Positions 28,425-43,440 of a stretch of 64,000 bases of DNA are shown here, in pieces. Each line of letters opens with the position of its first letter. Position 1 is the stretch's first letter. This stretch comes from Octopus sinensis (Eukaryota), in NCBI RefSeq assembly GCF_006345805.1, contig NC_043012.1:30628001-30692000 (forward strand), given 5' to 3'. The notes under the pieces were generated by a model that did no database searches, was not told the DNA's origin, and saw only the letters and a program-made list of their open reading frames with translations. A program made the position numbers and the translations under genes.

Positions 28425-28471
<47 letters not shown>

Positions 28472-28666
28472 ATATATATATATTATATGTGTGTTGTGTG
28501 TGTATAGAAAGATATATAAACATGTTCTCACATACTTTTACACACATATGAAATGTACATGTTAATATAAAATACACAGACGCATAAATAGCTATATGCA
28601 TACCACATACGCGCATATATATATAATATATATATATATATATCCCTCCCCCCCCTTCTCTCTCTC

Positions 28667-28697
<31 letters not shown>

Positions 28698-28794
28698 ATA
28701 TCTATATACTGTTATATACACACAAATGTGTGTGTGTGTATATGTTTATATAGATATATGTATACAAAGACAGACAGACACACACACACACATA

Positions 28795-28990
28795 TATGTA
28801 ACCGTGTGTGAACTGTTGGCGATCTCTCTTTGGAATTCCCTCTTTCCGACGCAGAGCTATGCTCGAAACGTTAACAGTAACTCTTTCCCTCCACCGACCG
28901 TCAAATCAATGTTTTTTTTGCACGTCCTTACGATCGTTTTTTCTGTTTTTTTTTAACTGTTGGTTTGTTTGTTTGTTTAAATCGACTATA
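28795..28990 (+). mobile_element. Penelope-like remnant with a decayed hammerhead motif
   Basis: cttt CCGACGC a GAGC tat GCTC GAAAC GTT at 28842-28877. Confidence 0.5.
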
Positions 28991-29915
28991 TGTGTGTGTG
29001 TGTGTGGTGTGTGTGTGTGTGTGTGTGTGAGTACACTCAATTATGCACACACACACGCAGACACACGCGCATAAACACACATACATACACATCACACACA
29101 TATACACGCTCATACGCATCTGCACATCCACATGAATACAAGTGAATGCACTCACACACTATACACCCAGATGTAGTTTTATAATAAAGCTTAGCACCAC
29201 AACATACACGTGTCTCTGTATGTATATCCAAACGCACCCATCCCCCCACATATATATATCTGTACATATACATAAGCATGTGTGTATGTGGTATAAATAT
29301 GGTATGTTTACATGTATATGTGCATATGTATAACTTGTATAAATGTGTGTGTTTGTCTTTCTCTTCTTCCCCCCCTCTCTCTCTCTCTCCCGCTACATAA
29401 GTTTGTGTATAGTTTTTCTGTGAATGATGTGATGTCATGAATATGTTGAATGCACATAGATCTCTGCAACGAGGGACCCCAACACACATCTCTGGAAACC
29501 TGTGGCTCCTATTGCATAATGTTCATAGAGCATGCATATAATGGATGTCTTCACAACTAAAGTGTGAGTGTGTATGTATTTATATTATATATATATATAT
29601 ATATACACACATATTTACACACTCACCTAGTGAACGGAAACATCTAATTAAACTAAGCTAACAATTATATTTATAAAGTGTGTCTCTTAGTCTGACTGTC
29701 TGCCTATATGCAGATGTACGTGTATGTATGTGGGTGTGTATGTGTGTATGTATATATATATAATATATATAATATATATTATATATATATATAATATTAT
29801 ATATAGTTATTATTTATGTACACATAAATACAGATATTTCATAACATGCTGATACATTCACACTATATTTAATATTATAGGCACACACACATACATACAT
29901 ACAAAAATACACACA

Positions 29916-29946
<31 letters not shown>

Positions 29947-29952
29947 CATCAC

Positions 29953-29994
<42 letters not shown>

Positions 29995-32269
29995 GAATGT
30001 GATAATATAATATATAATTCATGCAAGCAAGATTCCCTGCTTTTAGAACAGAATGATCTACCAGCTACACACGCACACACACACACACAACGCTCGCACA
30101 CTGACATCCTCTCGCTCACATACACACACAGCTATGCTGCGCTGTGCTTCATATACCGACGCCGCCAAGTGCCGGAGAAGGAAGATACTTAAGTGCTGAG
30201 GCACTGGCTCTTGTAGTGTTCCCCTTCCTTGTGTTTGGAATGCTGGAATTTAAGGAAGTACCATTTTTCGGAAGACTAGAATCAGAACAATGTTGTTGAT
30301 TTAATACACAACAAACACAAGAAACGCCAAAGGAATAACAAACACAACAAAACAAACTAACAAAATAACACTACAAAAAAAAAGGGGGGGGTATCCAGAT
30401 GTAAAATGAAATACGTAAATTACACTTAGGCAATGTAATGCTTCGAACATCTTCAAAGAGAGATGTTGGTGATGATGGTGATGATGATAATGATGATGAC
30501 TTCTTTTATTTGCCAGAGGGGCGTTAGAAGGACAATTTGCTGTTCGTGTGGGGGGTTTGGTTAAAAGATAAGTGGAAGAAAGGGAGTGGGATAAAAGTAT
30601 AGAAAATATATAAACAGATCTATGATGAAGTCCTCCTGATACAGAAGAACGTCCAGCTGGAGCAAATCAAGGAACCTCAATGATACAGGATCATCCTGAC
30701 CATCAAGTGTACGAGCCCCACGCCCAGTCGTAGCTCTCTAATCGAAATGCTTAGAGTTGGTTCGTTCACTCAAACTATTTTTGCTACAATCACCCGCGTT
30801 TTGATGAATTCAATGATGATGATGATGGTAAATGACGGAGATGAGAGCCAGAATTGACAAGGATATCTACACACATCGTTCTCTTTGTGTTTAAATGTCA
30901 GAACGACTCTGTACACATTCAGCTTATTTATTTATCTGTTTGATTGTTTGCTTGTTTATTTATCCCCATTTCCCCTTGAAGCCGGGAACTGGTTTCTTAT
31001 GAAGAAGCAAAAGATCCACCATAACAGTTTGGATTACAACAGCAATAAATATTACGCATCGAACTTTAATAAAATCTTGCATATCTTTACTGTTCTACTT
31101 AGAGATCACATTTGTAAAGTTTATGTTGGCTGTTTATTTTCATGAAGATTCAAGGTTTTGCTGACTGTCGCTCAGATTTTGTATGTATGTATGTATGTAT
31201 GTATGTATGTATGTATGTATGTATGTACGCATGTATGCATGTATGTATGCATGTTTAATCCTCGGTCAGCCTTGATCAACCTCATTTCAATCATAGCCAT
31301 TTGTTCTGTCCCTGAGTACAGAGAAGTTTAATGAAAAGGCATTATCCAGCGCCCCTTCCTCGCATTGATGTTAGCATGTGATTTGAGTTGATATTTAGCT
31401 ACTATTTCATGTAAATAATCTCTTGTCAACTCTTGAGCTATGATACCGTTGAAAAAAAATTAGAAAAAAGAACTAAAGGGGTTTGCCATGTCTTCTGTGC
31501 CGAATTATGTTTACGAATTGGTTATTTTCATATTCCAAAGTTGGAAAGAAGATCCTGCAAATTATGAACCTCAAACGTTTCAAATTGGTTTAAACACAAC
31601 TCAAAACTGCAGTTTTAAATCGGTTTCCAGATTCTTAACTTCGTCCTGCATCCAACGATACAGCTCAGTTTAGACATAGTTATAAATTCAACTGCAAACC
31701 AAGCCTTCACTTGGTTTAAATGTAGAGGTTATACTAAAAGACGTTTTGCTTACTTTTTCTATTAGGCCGACCTTTCACGCAAAGACCACCATCTTCGGGT
31801 TATTTCTATTTAGGAATCTTATCTATCCTAGATAACCCACCATGTTTAATTCTTGCGATAAGACATTGCGTGTCGGGCTAACAAGATTGCTTTCAAGTGG
31901 CCACACGGTTCGACCACGGGCCAGTTAGATATCGCTAACGATAATCTATCTCAACTAATGCATTCACTGTCAGCTTAAAAAACAAAAAACAAAATGAAGG
32001 ACATGTTAGATAATATCAGTCGTCCATTAGATTAGAGAGAATATATGAAATAAAATATATAATTTTTTTTAAAAATGGTATGGGGTGGACCATGTTTATT
32101 CTTGAGCCGTCGAGATCAGCGCCGAACTGGGATCAAGCAACAGCACAAGGATATAGCCGTAGCAGCTGCAATAACAATTATGTAATTTCGGATATCTACA
32201 TGGGATTTTTTAAGCACTTTTTGTATGGGACCATAGTTTTGAGGAAATCATATTTATATACACTGGTCC

Positions 32270-32510
32270 TCCGTCGATGGCGAGGACGAGGAGCGTTTCA
32301 GTTGATCCGATCAACAGAACAGTCGGCTCATGAAATTAACTTGAAAGTGGATGAACACTCCACAGACATGTGTACCTTTACCGTAGATCTGAGGGAGATT
32401 CAGCGTGACACAGAATGCGACAAGGCTGGCCCCGTTTGAATTACAGGTACAACTCATTTTTGCCAGCTGATCGGGAAACCGAATAACCATACCACCAAGC
32501 CACGCACCGC
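32270..32510 (-). mobile_element. SINE family C
   Basis: cagttgatccgatcaac...attcagcgtgacacagaatgcgacaaggctggccc...aactcatttttgccagctga is shared with 43880-44097. Confidence 0.8.
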
Positions 32511-32573
32511 CTTCATACCCTTATATTATATATATATATATATATACATATATAATATAATATATATATATAT

Positions 32574-32658
<85 letters not shown>

Positions 32659-32674
32659 TTAATATATAGCTATA

Positions 32675-32720
<46 letters not shown>

Positions 32721-33767
32721 ATGCATACACACATATACAATCCAAATAATAAGACAAAGAAATCCGTTAACACATCTTTAATGATTCGTTACAATTGCTT
32801 CCACACCGACCCTTCTTGCAACGACAATTTACGCAAAGATTCGAAGTGAAAATTTACGTAATATTTGCTGTTTTAGACATTGGTGTGGAACCGTTCACCG
32901 TCTGAGAATGTGCCACTCTAATGTTTAAAACCGCGAATATTAAGTACATTTTCACTGGGAACTTTTGCTAGAAGTGGCTTTGAAAGCAGATTTGGTACAG
33001 AAACAATTGTATCTGCTCATTAAAGATGAGTTAAAGCCTATCTTTGTTTTCCTATGTGGATTATCTTTTACTCCTCGCTAAATCCACACCACGGTTTTGC
33101 CGCTGCGAAATCTGGATTTTCTGCACCTGAAGAATTTCGATATTAGTCTGGAATCCGACAGTGCAGATAGCTTAAAGCTCAAGGTGAGTGCCGCATTGCC
33201 AATACCCTATCTTGCTACTCTCCAAGAACCTCATACATACATTCATACATACATATATATATATATACATGTGTATGCATGCATGAGTGTGTGAGTGTGT
33301 TGCTATGTCTACACAAGCAAACACACGCAAACATGCACATACACGCATATTTACGGGTGTGTGCAGCACGTATCAGGAGGTAAAGACAAAAGATTGTGTG
33401 TAAATAAGGCAGAAGTTATAAATATATCTCAATTGACAACATTGAAATTGAAAGTATTAAAGAGAACGGATAGGCGGCGGCGGCGGTGGTGGCGATGTGG
33501 GTAGGTTAATAGCGAAATTCAATGAACAAACCACTCTCTCTTCTTCCGAAGTGCGTGTGTGTGTATATACATATAAATGCATATATCGTTGTATGTATGT
33601 ATGTATGTATATGTATTCATGTATATTTGTAAATATGCATGTCATGTATATGTAAATATGTACACATATGGGAGGCCATGTATATATAAAGCCTGTTTGT
33701 TTTATATAATTGTAAATACATAAGAGCTTTCGGTACCAGGCTGTAGTGGAAGTGTCTGTGTGTGTAT

Positions 33768-33769
<2 letters not shown>

Positions 33770-33810
<41 letters not shown>

Positions 33811-33925
33811 TGAGAGAGAGAGAGAGAGAGAGCAGAGAGACAGAGAGACAGAGAGACAGAGAGACAGAGAGACAGAGACAGAGAATGAGAGAGAGAGAGT
33901 GAGAAAGAGGGAGAGAGAGAGTGAG
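33770..33925. repeat. (GA)n/(GAGACA)n purine tract
   Basis: Read directly. Confidence 0.95.
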
Positions 33926-34090
33926 ATCATGTGTGAGTGAGTGTGTGTATGTATATTTGTGTATATATATATACACACATACAGATGTAACTAAATATAT
34001 AGACATACACATTTGTGTGTGTGTATCTAACTATTCATCTATCATCTATATATATCTATATATATATATATAGATAGATATTTGTGTGTG

Positions 34091-34123
<33 letters not shown>

Positions 34124-34435
34124 TCTATGTGTTTGTGTATACGAGTGTATTTTGTGTTTGTGTGTTTGTGTGTGTGTAAAGAGAAAGACAGAAACGAAGA
34201 TGTCTCAGGTTCCAGTCTACCAATCCAGATGTTTTCTCTATTTAGTGATGTTAACTGAGTCAAAATATTAACGTTTCTTGAACCGGGCACCTGCTTTATT
34301 ACTAACTCAGTAACTCTAAACACACAAAACATCTCTCTCTATCTATCAGGCTACCCACTATCTGTCTCTGTTTCTCCTTTTCTCTATCTTTCACACACAC
34401 ACACACACACTGATATATGTATGTGTTTGTGTGTG

Positions 34436-34478
<43 letters not shown>

Positions 34479-34706
34479 CACGAATGCGTGTATATGTATA
34501 CATATATGTACACACACACACATGTATATATACATACATATACAAAGCTGCGTTGTTAAACTGAATGATTTCCTCTTGCCTAAAGTTTTCGTACGGTTGC
34601 CGTTAGTCCAGTTTACTAATCGGTGAGTCTGATACAACACATGTACCGATATACATAAGCACACACACACGCATTATAATATCTACCTGTTATATATATA
34701 TATATA

Positions 34707-35084
34707 CTAGCAGTATCGCCCGGCGTTGCTCAGGTTTGTAAGGGAAATAACTATAAAGCATTTGTAGAGAGTTATAGCCAAAAATAGCAAAAAAATGGAA
34801 AAAATGATGGTAAATTTTTTTTGAGATTAAAAAAAGGTTGAGTTGCGTCCCCTAGACAGTTTGTGGTTCGTGTTTCTGATTCTCGACCCCATGTCGAATT
34901 TATCGATTTTTTTCAGAACTGGGGGAACTTTTCAAAATTTTGCTGCGTTAGTTTTGAATTATACATTGGGCTATGTGTGTGTCAAGTTTCATCAGAATCG
35001 GTGAAAGCCGTGGTCAGGGTGAGGTACAAGCAAACAGACACACAGAAACACGCACAGACAAACTGCCGTTTATATATAGAGAGA
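34707..35084 (-). mobile_element. Non-autonomous Helitron, 378 bp
   Basis: On the minus strand it starts A|TCTCTCTATATATAAA and ends acctgagcaacgccgggcgatactgCTAG|T: 5' TC, subterminal hairpin, 3' CTAG, A^T target and no TSD. Confidence 0.85.
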
Positions 35085-35352
35085 TATATATATCTGTCTT
35101 TCTATCGTCTTTCCCAGTCTGTTGCAGAGTGTGTCTGCGCATGACATATTCGCTGCATTGCATGTGTTGTAGTGTGTATGAGTATGTCTCCTTTATACGT
35201 TGTGCTGTATGCGTAGGGTCATTTGTGTCATGTGTATATGTGTGTGTAACAGTTACCTTCTATGCGAATGCATGTGTGCGTCGTGCTCGATGTCCTGTTT
35301 GTTATAGTGTAGTGTGTCTGTGTCCGGTTGCCTGTTTGTGTGGTATATTTGT

Positions 35353-35535
35353 CTTAGTGGTATCACGTTATGTTCTGAGTTCAAATTCCGCCGAGGTCGA
35401 CTTTGCCTTTCATCCTTTCGGGGTCGATAAATTAAGTACCAGTTACGCACTGGGGTCGATATAATCGACTTAATCCGTTTGTCTGTCCTTGTTTGTCCTC
35501 TCTGTGTGTAGCCCCTTGTGGGTAGTAAAGAAATA
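35353..35535 (+). mobile_element. SINE family B with 11-bp target-site duplication
   Basis: B-box-like GAGTTCAAATTCC, body gaggtcgactttgcc...gtcgataaattaagtacc, flanked by ggtatatttgt at 35342-52 and 35536-46. Confidence 0.9.
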
Positions 35536-35719
35536 GGTATATTTGTGATACCCCATATCTTATTGTGTTTGATGTTGCGATGGATGTTCAACGTTTGTCA
35601 TTGTCTGTCTGTTTCTCTCTCTCTCTCTTTTCCTCTCTGTCTATGTCAGTAAACTGTGTTTAATTGTATAAATCTCATCTATACACTCATGTCTCTTAGC
35701 TTCATTTTATAATGCTGAG

Positions 35720-36210
35720 TATTAAATACATCATGTTCTGTATCATATCATCTGATGTGGTATATTATCATCTGATACAGTATACCATGTAATACGGTGA
35801 TATGGTATATCATGTTGTGTGATATATATTATCCTATACACTGACGTGATGCATTCTATGGCGTATCATATTCTGAGATATCACATTTTCTGTGCTGAAT
35901 CATATGATGTATCATGTTTATAGTATACAAAGGCATATCGTGTCTTGAATGTAGCCTACCATATCATGCGATATACCATGTGATGTATCCTGTCCTATCA
36001 TGTGACGTGGCGTATCATATACTGCAGTGGTGTATCATCTTCCCGTTTATCATGTGATGAGATGTGCCATGTGATGTATTATATGCTGTAGTATATGGCT
36101 TGATGTATCCTGTGCTGCAGGGCATCATGTAACGTAATGCATTATGGGATATGTTATATCTTGTTCGTTGTGCATTCATGTAATGGGTTGTATCATACGA
36201 TGCGTTGTAT
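35720..36210. repeat. Degenerate short-period satellite (tatcatgtgatg-like)
   Basis: Many imperfect tatcat and gtgatg motifs. Confidence 0.7.
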
Positions 36211-37505
36211 CATATAATCTAGAGGATTATCTTCTTTATTTTTGTTTCCCTTGCATAATTCTGCCGATCCAATCCTTGATTGATAATCGAATCGATAACA
36301 CGATTCTCCTCGGAAAGAAGAATCGAACCACGAAGAACGATATCTATTCGCTAATAAACGAGACCGAACTGTAAAATTTGACCCTTAATTTTAATCACCC
36401 CAACGCTAGACATCTAACTGGACCTTTCGATTATGTGAAAGACCTACCTAATTGAGACCATTCTTCTACACCGTTGAGTCATGGGTGGAATCGAACTGGT
36501 GACTGCGAGGAATGGTCTTCAGGTTTTCACAGTTCTCCTGCTGTTTATTGCTATAAAATACCAAACTGCAGATTATTAAGATAGACTTTACTAAACTGTT
36601 GCCTTTTGGTACTGATGCTGTTATTTAACCCCAAGTCATGCCTGATCGAGTAGATCAACCATGATCATTCGTCTTTTTGTTCCCAGATTGGTACTATCTT
36701 GAACTACGGTAGTTTTTAGTAGAATACGTAGTTATTTTACAATAAAAAGGCTGATAAGGAATTGGAAGTTTCGGATTGTTCATCTTAGTCAGACAGTTTG
36801 ACTAAGGTGGTTAGGCCGAAATATCGTACTCGCTGTTAACCATTTAATTGCGTGTGTGTGTGTGTGTGTGTGTGTGTATGAAATGCCTGAAGTAACAGAT
36901 GATCATATGATCATGGGCCGGTGTGTCAGGCAAACTTTTTGGTGAACAGAGACAACTATTTTACCATTTTGCCAATTTTGTATGTATTGTTTGGTATTTC
37001 AAGAAAAGTGCAGTAAAAAACCATGTAAAGAATTCTGTATTGTTCTATTTTATTTCGATATTCTTTATTTCTTGTTAATCTTCAAAAAATAAGAGCAAAA
37101 AAAAAACAAAACAAGACACGGTATCATATCTATTATTTGGTAACGATATAAATGCATTTATTTTTATTGACGAGATAGAAAATTTAAGAAAATAAATGCA
37201 GGGATACACCCAGATAAATTTACAACAAAGTTCTTTTGTTATTGATATATTTATTCAAACACTTTAGTGATGGAGATATCTTGATGATGGCAAATGTCAA
37301 ATGGGGAACGTAACAAACACTGGAGAGAGAAGATAACAAAAGTGGATTATTTGTCTGTTTAAAACAATTGCTTAATTGAGATACAGTGATATGAGGCTAT
37401 TCATCTCATGACAACTGTTTCTATCTAAGTCATCCGTATTATATACATGTTTATATATATATGAAAGTGCATATTATATACATGCATGCATATATATATA
37501 TTCAT

Positions 37506-37539
<34 letters not shown>

Positions 37540-37935
37540 CGTAAATATGATATATATATATACGATATATATATTATCTTTGATATATATAACATTACAT
37601 ATATAAATAAATATAAGTACGTATAGAATTCTAATATATGCATATATACACAATATATAATATCATATGTGTGTATGTGTGTGTGCAAAATAAATATGTA
37701 TACGGTATGTATAATATATAAAATTATATATATGTAAGAATAGATATTACAAAAAATATGTAAAATACTATATATATTTGCATATTTACTATATATAGTA
37801 TATGATACACATGCATGATATAGTATTATATACATGTGTATATAGAAAGACAAAGGCACACACATACGCACACAAAACTGCACTTAGTGAAATTATATGC
37901 AGGTATGCATAATATATGTGTGTGTGTTAATGCAT

Positions 37936-37981
<46 letters not shown>

Positions 37982-38280
37982 TATATATATATATAATCTT
38001 GAAAGATACTTCCTATTTTGAAGAATACGAAATGTTTATTTGTCTGGTTTCTCATGTTTTCTTCTCTGCTATCAAAGACCTCTTGTTACATTGTTAGGAT
38101 CAGTTGATACTGGAATCGGTAAATAAAGAAATAGACAAACTCTTCTAGCTTTTCACGCTGCCAGGCCAAACCCTGATACTGCCGTCTATTTTAGACATTT
38201 TGAACAAATGTTTCGTTGTATTTATTTTGTATCTTTCAACTCTAAGGCTTTGGTCATTCTGGTTCACTATCATTATATAT

Positions 38281-38664
38281 AGGCGCTGCCGTGGCTGTGT
38301 GGTATGAAGCTTGCTTCCCTGCCACATGATTCTGGGTTCAGTCCCGCTGCGTGGCACCTTGGGGCAAGTGTCTTCTACTATAGCCTTGGGCTGACCAAAA
38401 CCTTGTAGGTGGATGTGGTAGGCGGAAACTGAAAGAAGCCCGTCGTATGTATGTATGTATATGTGTGTGTGTGTGTTTGTATCCGTGTTTGTTCCCTCCA
38501 CCATCGCTTAGTAACCGATGTTGGTGTGCTTACGTCCTCTTAGCGGTTCATCAAGAAGAAACCGATACAATAGGCACCAGGCTTACAAAGAGTAATTCCA
38601 GTGGTAGATTTCTTAGATTAAAGGCGGTGCTCCAGCATGACTGCAGTCAAATGACTGAAACAAG

Positions 38665-38666
<2 letters not shown>
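38281..38666 (+). mobile_element. SINE family A, near full length
   Basis: A-box-like TGGCTGTGTGG, B-box-like GGTTCAGTCCC, CORE-like ggcaccttggggcaagtgtcttc, internal (TATG)/(TG)n, and 3' end ggtgctccagcatg...actgaaacaag. Confidence 0.9.
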
Positions 38667-38705
<39 letters not shown>

Positions 38706-38973
38706 AACTTACTTGGAGGAAACGAAACGAAACGAAACGACGCGAGGGCGCTCAGACATACAATAGTGTAATAAATAAAATATATGCATACATACATACA
38801 TATATGTACGTACCTACATCTACATGTATATATACATGCATATATAAATATATATACGTGAGTACAGGACATATATATATATTATTTTATACGTTTCAGC
38901 TCAAAGGCTATGGCCATGCCAGGTCAGCATCATTATATGTATGTGTGCGTATGTATGTGTGTATGTATGTATG

Positions 38974-39005
<32 letters not shown>

Positions 39006-39083
39006 TGTATGTATGTATGTATGTGTATGTAGGTACGTACGTAGTATGTATGTATGTATGATGTATGCATGTATGTATGTATG

Positions 39084-39162
<79 letters not shown>

Positions 39163-39246
39163 ACAACAACAGAATGAATGAGATCTCGATATATGTAAAT
39201 AGAGGAATTATCTGAATATAATATGTGACAATTATTCGGTTGCCAT

Positions 39247-39309
39247 AATAAAACTCCGTGTTTCAGATGTTGGGACGGAAATCTGCTCCGGCATCTGTCG
39301 TCAGTTATT
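39247..39309 (-). ncRNA. Type I hammerhead-like motif with intact core
   Basis: AAUAA / CUGACGA / C / AGAUG ...22 nt... CAUCU / GAAAC ACGGA GUU / UUAUU. Confidence 0.55.
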
Positions 39310-39408
39310 GAGCACAAACAAAATGCTATGAAAATGCTATGAAAATGATCGCTTAACAATTGAATTGTCACATATTACGTGTGTGTGTATATAACACACA
39401 CAAATATA

Positions 39409-39550
<142 letters not shown>

Positions 39551-40212
39551 TATATATATATACATTGTATCAATCGACTTCATCATCACGAAACTCTCGG
39601 CCCTGAGTCATTCGTAATTCCTGCCAATTAGAATTACTCGTCATGTATGCATATACACTCATGCACTAAGTTCCCTCTTCCTGTTTCTTCGATCAAACAC
39701 ACACAAACACGCTCACACACATATATACGTTCTCTGCTTTACAACACGAAATGAATTTGGTGATATTTAGTAGGAAAGTAAAATCATTATGTTTTATTGT
39801 GTCTGGGAGGGTCATTCACCTATAGTTCTTTATTACTTAACACACTGGTTCGATTTCCACTCATTTATTAAAAAAAAAAACAACTGAACATTCGTTTCGT
39901 CTTACATCCTCTTCATTTTTATGTTATCTTTTACTTTTGTTGTTGTTGTGTTTTTCGCAGCTGCTGCTGATTACTATTACGTCACATCAAACAAAACAAT
40001 AAGAACATCAAACCATTTCTTGCGACACACGCAACTGAGTGTGTTGCGGACTCTATAGTCCAGTGTATCCCAGTGTCTTTCTTTTTCTGAAGACAGGGTG
40101 GGAGAAATGAGGGTGAATTGGTTGTTATTTTTAGTATCATACAAAGTAGTGGTTTATTTTATCTAAACATACCATGAAAATGACAGACTTTAGATTTTCA
40201 TAAAAACGTCAC

Positions 40213-40365
40213 CTGATGTTCTATGAAAGGCTCCGACTGAAGACATCTTTAAATAGGCATCTGGAGTAAAGAAGATTTTCGCAACTGTGTACCAAAAGGA
40301 ATTACGAAAGGGTGAAAGCTTATCTTGTAAGTCTGTAGATAAAGGTACGACGAAAGATAACCAGC
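40213..40365 (-). CDS. Candidate symmetric phase 1-1 exon, 51 codons, unidentified
   Basis: aatcag|GC TGG ... TCA G|gtgacg encodes WLSFVVPLSTDLQDKLSPFRNSFWYTVAKIFFTPDAYLKMSSVGAFHRTS. The pyrimidine tract is weak. Confidence 0.2.
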
Positions 40366-40656
40366 CTGATTGATTGCAAATATGCATGATATGGAAGCAT
40401 GAAAGTGATGAAATCTATGATTATCGTAACACGTTAATAGATTATCCTGAAAGTCGTTTGTAGTGTAATTAATTCTGAAGTTAAAGTGGGTTTTCTTAGG
40501 TTGTCCTGCTGAATCAAAAATTAGAGACATCAGGAGTTAGACTGAAGACAAAAGATTCTCCGTTGGTTAAATTGATGTAGAAAGGGTGTTCAGAACATAA
40601 GGTTTCCAATATCACACAAGGCAGAATAACGCCATAGCGCATATTATATATAATAT

Positions 40657-40696
<40 letters not shown>

Positions 40697-41356
40697 AAGT
40701 AAATACATATAGTAAGTACAGATATGTGCGTGTACATATGTTGTGTGCAGATATATCGTGTATATGATTCATTTCTATTTATGGTGTTATGTATTAGTTA
40801 GTGCTAACTAGTATTGCATTACACGTTGCACAATCAGGCATTCCAGATCAACCACTCAGCACTCAGATATTGTATACATACATGCGTATATATATATATA
40901 TATAGATATATATATATATTATATATATATATATATATATATCATATACATATATGATATATGGTATATATATACGTATATGCATATGCATACACATACA
41001 CAAGTACATACACACAGATACACACACACACACACACATATATATATACATGCATATATAATTCCCACATACATACATACAAGCACACATATACATGTAT
41101 ATATGTTATATGTACATATATATATATACACATTTATATACATATACATATATATACATGTATATACATATATATATATACATATATATATACATATATA
41201 CATGTATATACATATATATACATATGTATATACATATATATACATATATATACATGTATATATGTTATACATACATATATATATACACATATATATACAT
41301 GTATATATGTTATACATACATATATTTACATATATGTTATACATATATATATAAAA

Positions 41357-41401
<45 letters not shown>

Positions 41402-41747
41402 ATATATATTATATATATATATATATAATACATAATATATAATATATATGTATATATGTATGTATGTATATTGATATATAAGCCTCATATGTCAGCTCTA
41501 TCTTGAGTTTCAAGTTCGTAACACGCATTTTTTAAGCAATCGGATCAACCATCCACGTCCGATACTATTCAAGAAATCTACCTTTGCTTATATTTTCGCC
41601 TAAATAACAAGACACGGTAACTTTTATTGTTCTCGATTTCTACAAATAAGCCGCTGTTTATCATGTAGAGGGCTACATACATCCTATACAAAAATCCATA
41701 CTCATATGTATATAATAACAGACGTTATACGAAACTCGATCACAATA

Positions 41748-41856
<109 letters not shown>

Positions 41857-43190
41857 GTTTCAATCTGTAATACACAAACAAACAAACACACACACACACA
41901 TAGACATCTATATTATTTTAAAGATACAGTTAATAAGTCGCCGTGTTGATAACCATGGCGGTGTATTTGGGCAGTTCTTAAGACGTGGATAAACCCAACC
42001 CGTTTCTGTGCAGATCTAACTAAAGCCAATTGTTTCCTTAAGGAGAGATCTACAGACACGCAAAATGGAGTACGAAACAGGTGGAGAATCGACAAGAATA
42101 CAGGAGTGGTACTTTATTTATCAAACCCGAAAAGATGAAAGAGAAGTCCTCTTGTCCTAGATTGGTGCCGTTGTACTATTTTTTTTCTTTTCGATCTGGA
42201 AATGATGAAAGGCAAAGTTGAGTTCAGCCGGATATGAACTCATGGTGCAGCGACTCAGCAGTGTTACTAAATGGGAATCTTTAACGACGCTGCCAATTGT
42301 CCAACTTTTCGTAATATTATTTAGAACACTAAACAACACAACAACAACAAATCGCTGATTCATAAGTTCATTTCGAAATACTGAGGAACGAAATCAATGA
42401 AATAATTGAAATGTAACGTTTTCTTTTTATTCATTATTGACAAAATTGATCGAAAACAGCTTTTAATATTGTATTCTGTCGAGGATGATGACAACAGCTG
42501 AACAGATGACGATTGAACAGTAACGAAAGAAGCCTCAAATAAGAGCGTTTTTTAATATTTGAAGAGTGTGTCTCGGACTGTTGAAAAATGGAGGTGCAAG
42601 TCAGAAGATAAAATGCAATCTAATCGGCCATTTATGAAGCAATTCATAAAGAGAAGAAAAAAAGAATTGAATCGAACGTTTTCACAATATTTAAAATAAA
42701 ACCATTGAAGTTCCTTTGCATGTGTTGTGTATATAATTAGGTCTTAAGTCTCTCATTAATCCACATAAGTACGAAGCTTAACACGGTTTCTATGGTGTAT
42801 TAAGATGACTGGGATTATCCCTTTCCCGTACGGGACTGTAGAATACCATTTACATTCAGTGGGGTGTGTGGTAACCTGTTTACACGCTATACACTGAATA
42901 CATTGAAAGAATACGAAACAATGGTTTGAATATTTATTTTTGTATGAATTTTTAAGCGACAATTTCTTTTTGTGGCTGTAGGATTTAGGAAATTTCATAA
43001 ATTAATAATTATACAAGTCTTGACATAAGTTTTGCGATTCTACATCTATTTGAATGCTACGGTATTGATGTGGCTTGCAATGCATGACTCGTAATTATCT
43101 GACCCTACACAACATCAACAGCACTTAGGAATAGTATTCTATTGAGCACTTATTGACTCAGATTTATACAAGTGAACATATATGTATATC

Positions 43191-43387
43191 TCTTTTACTC
43201 TTTACTCTTTTACTTGTTTCAGTCATTTGACTGCGGCCATGCTGGAGCACCGCCTTTAGTCGAGCAAATCGACCCCGGAACTTATTCTTTGTAAGCCCAG
43301 TACTTATTCTATCGGTCTCTTTTGCCGAACCGCTAAGTGACGGGGACGTAGACACACCAGCATCGGTTGTCAAGCACAAACACACAA

Positions 43388-43440
<53 letters not shown>

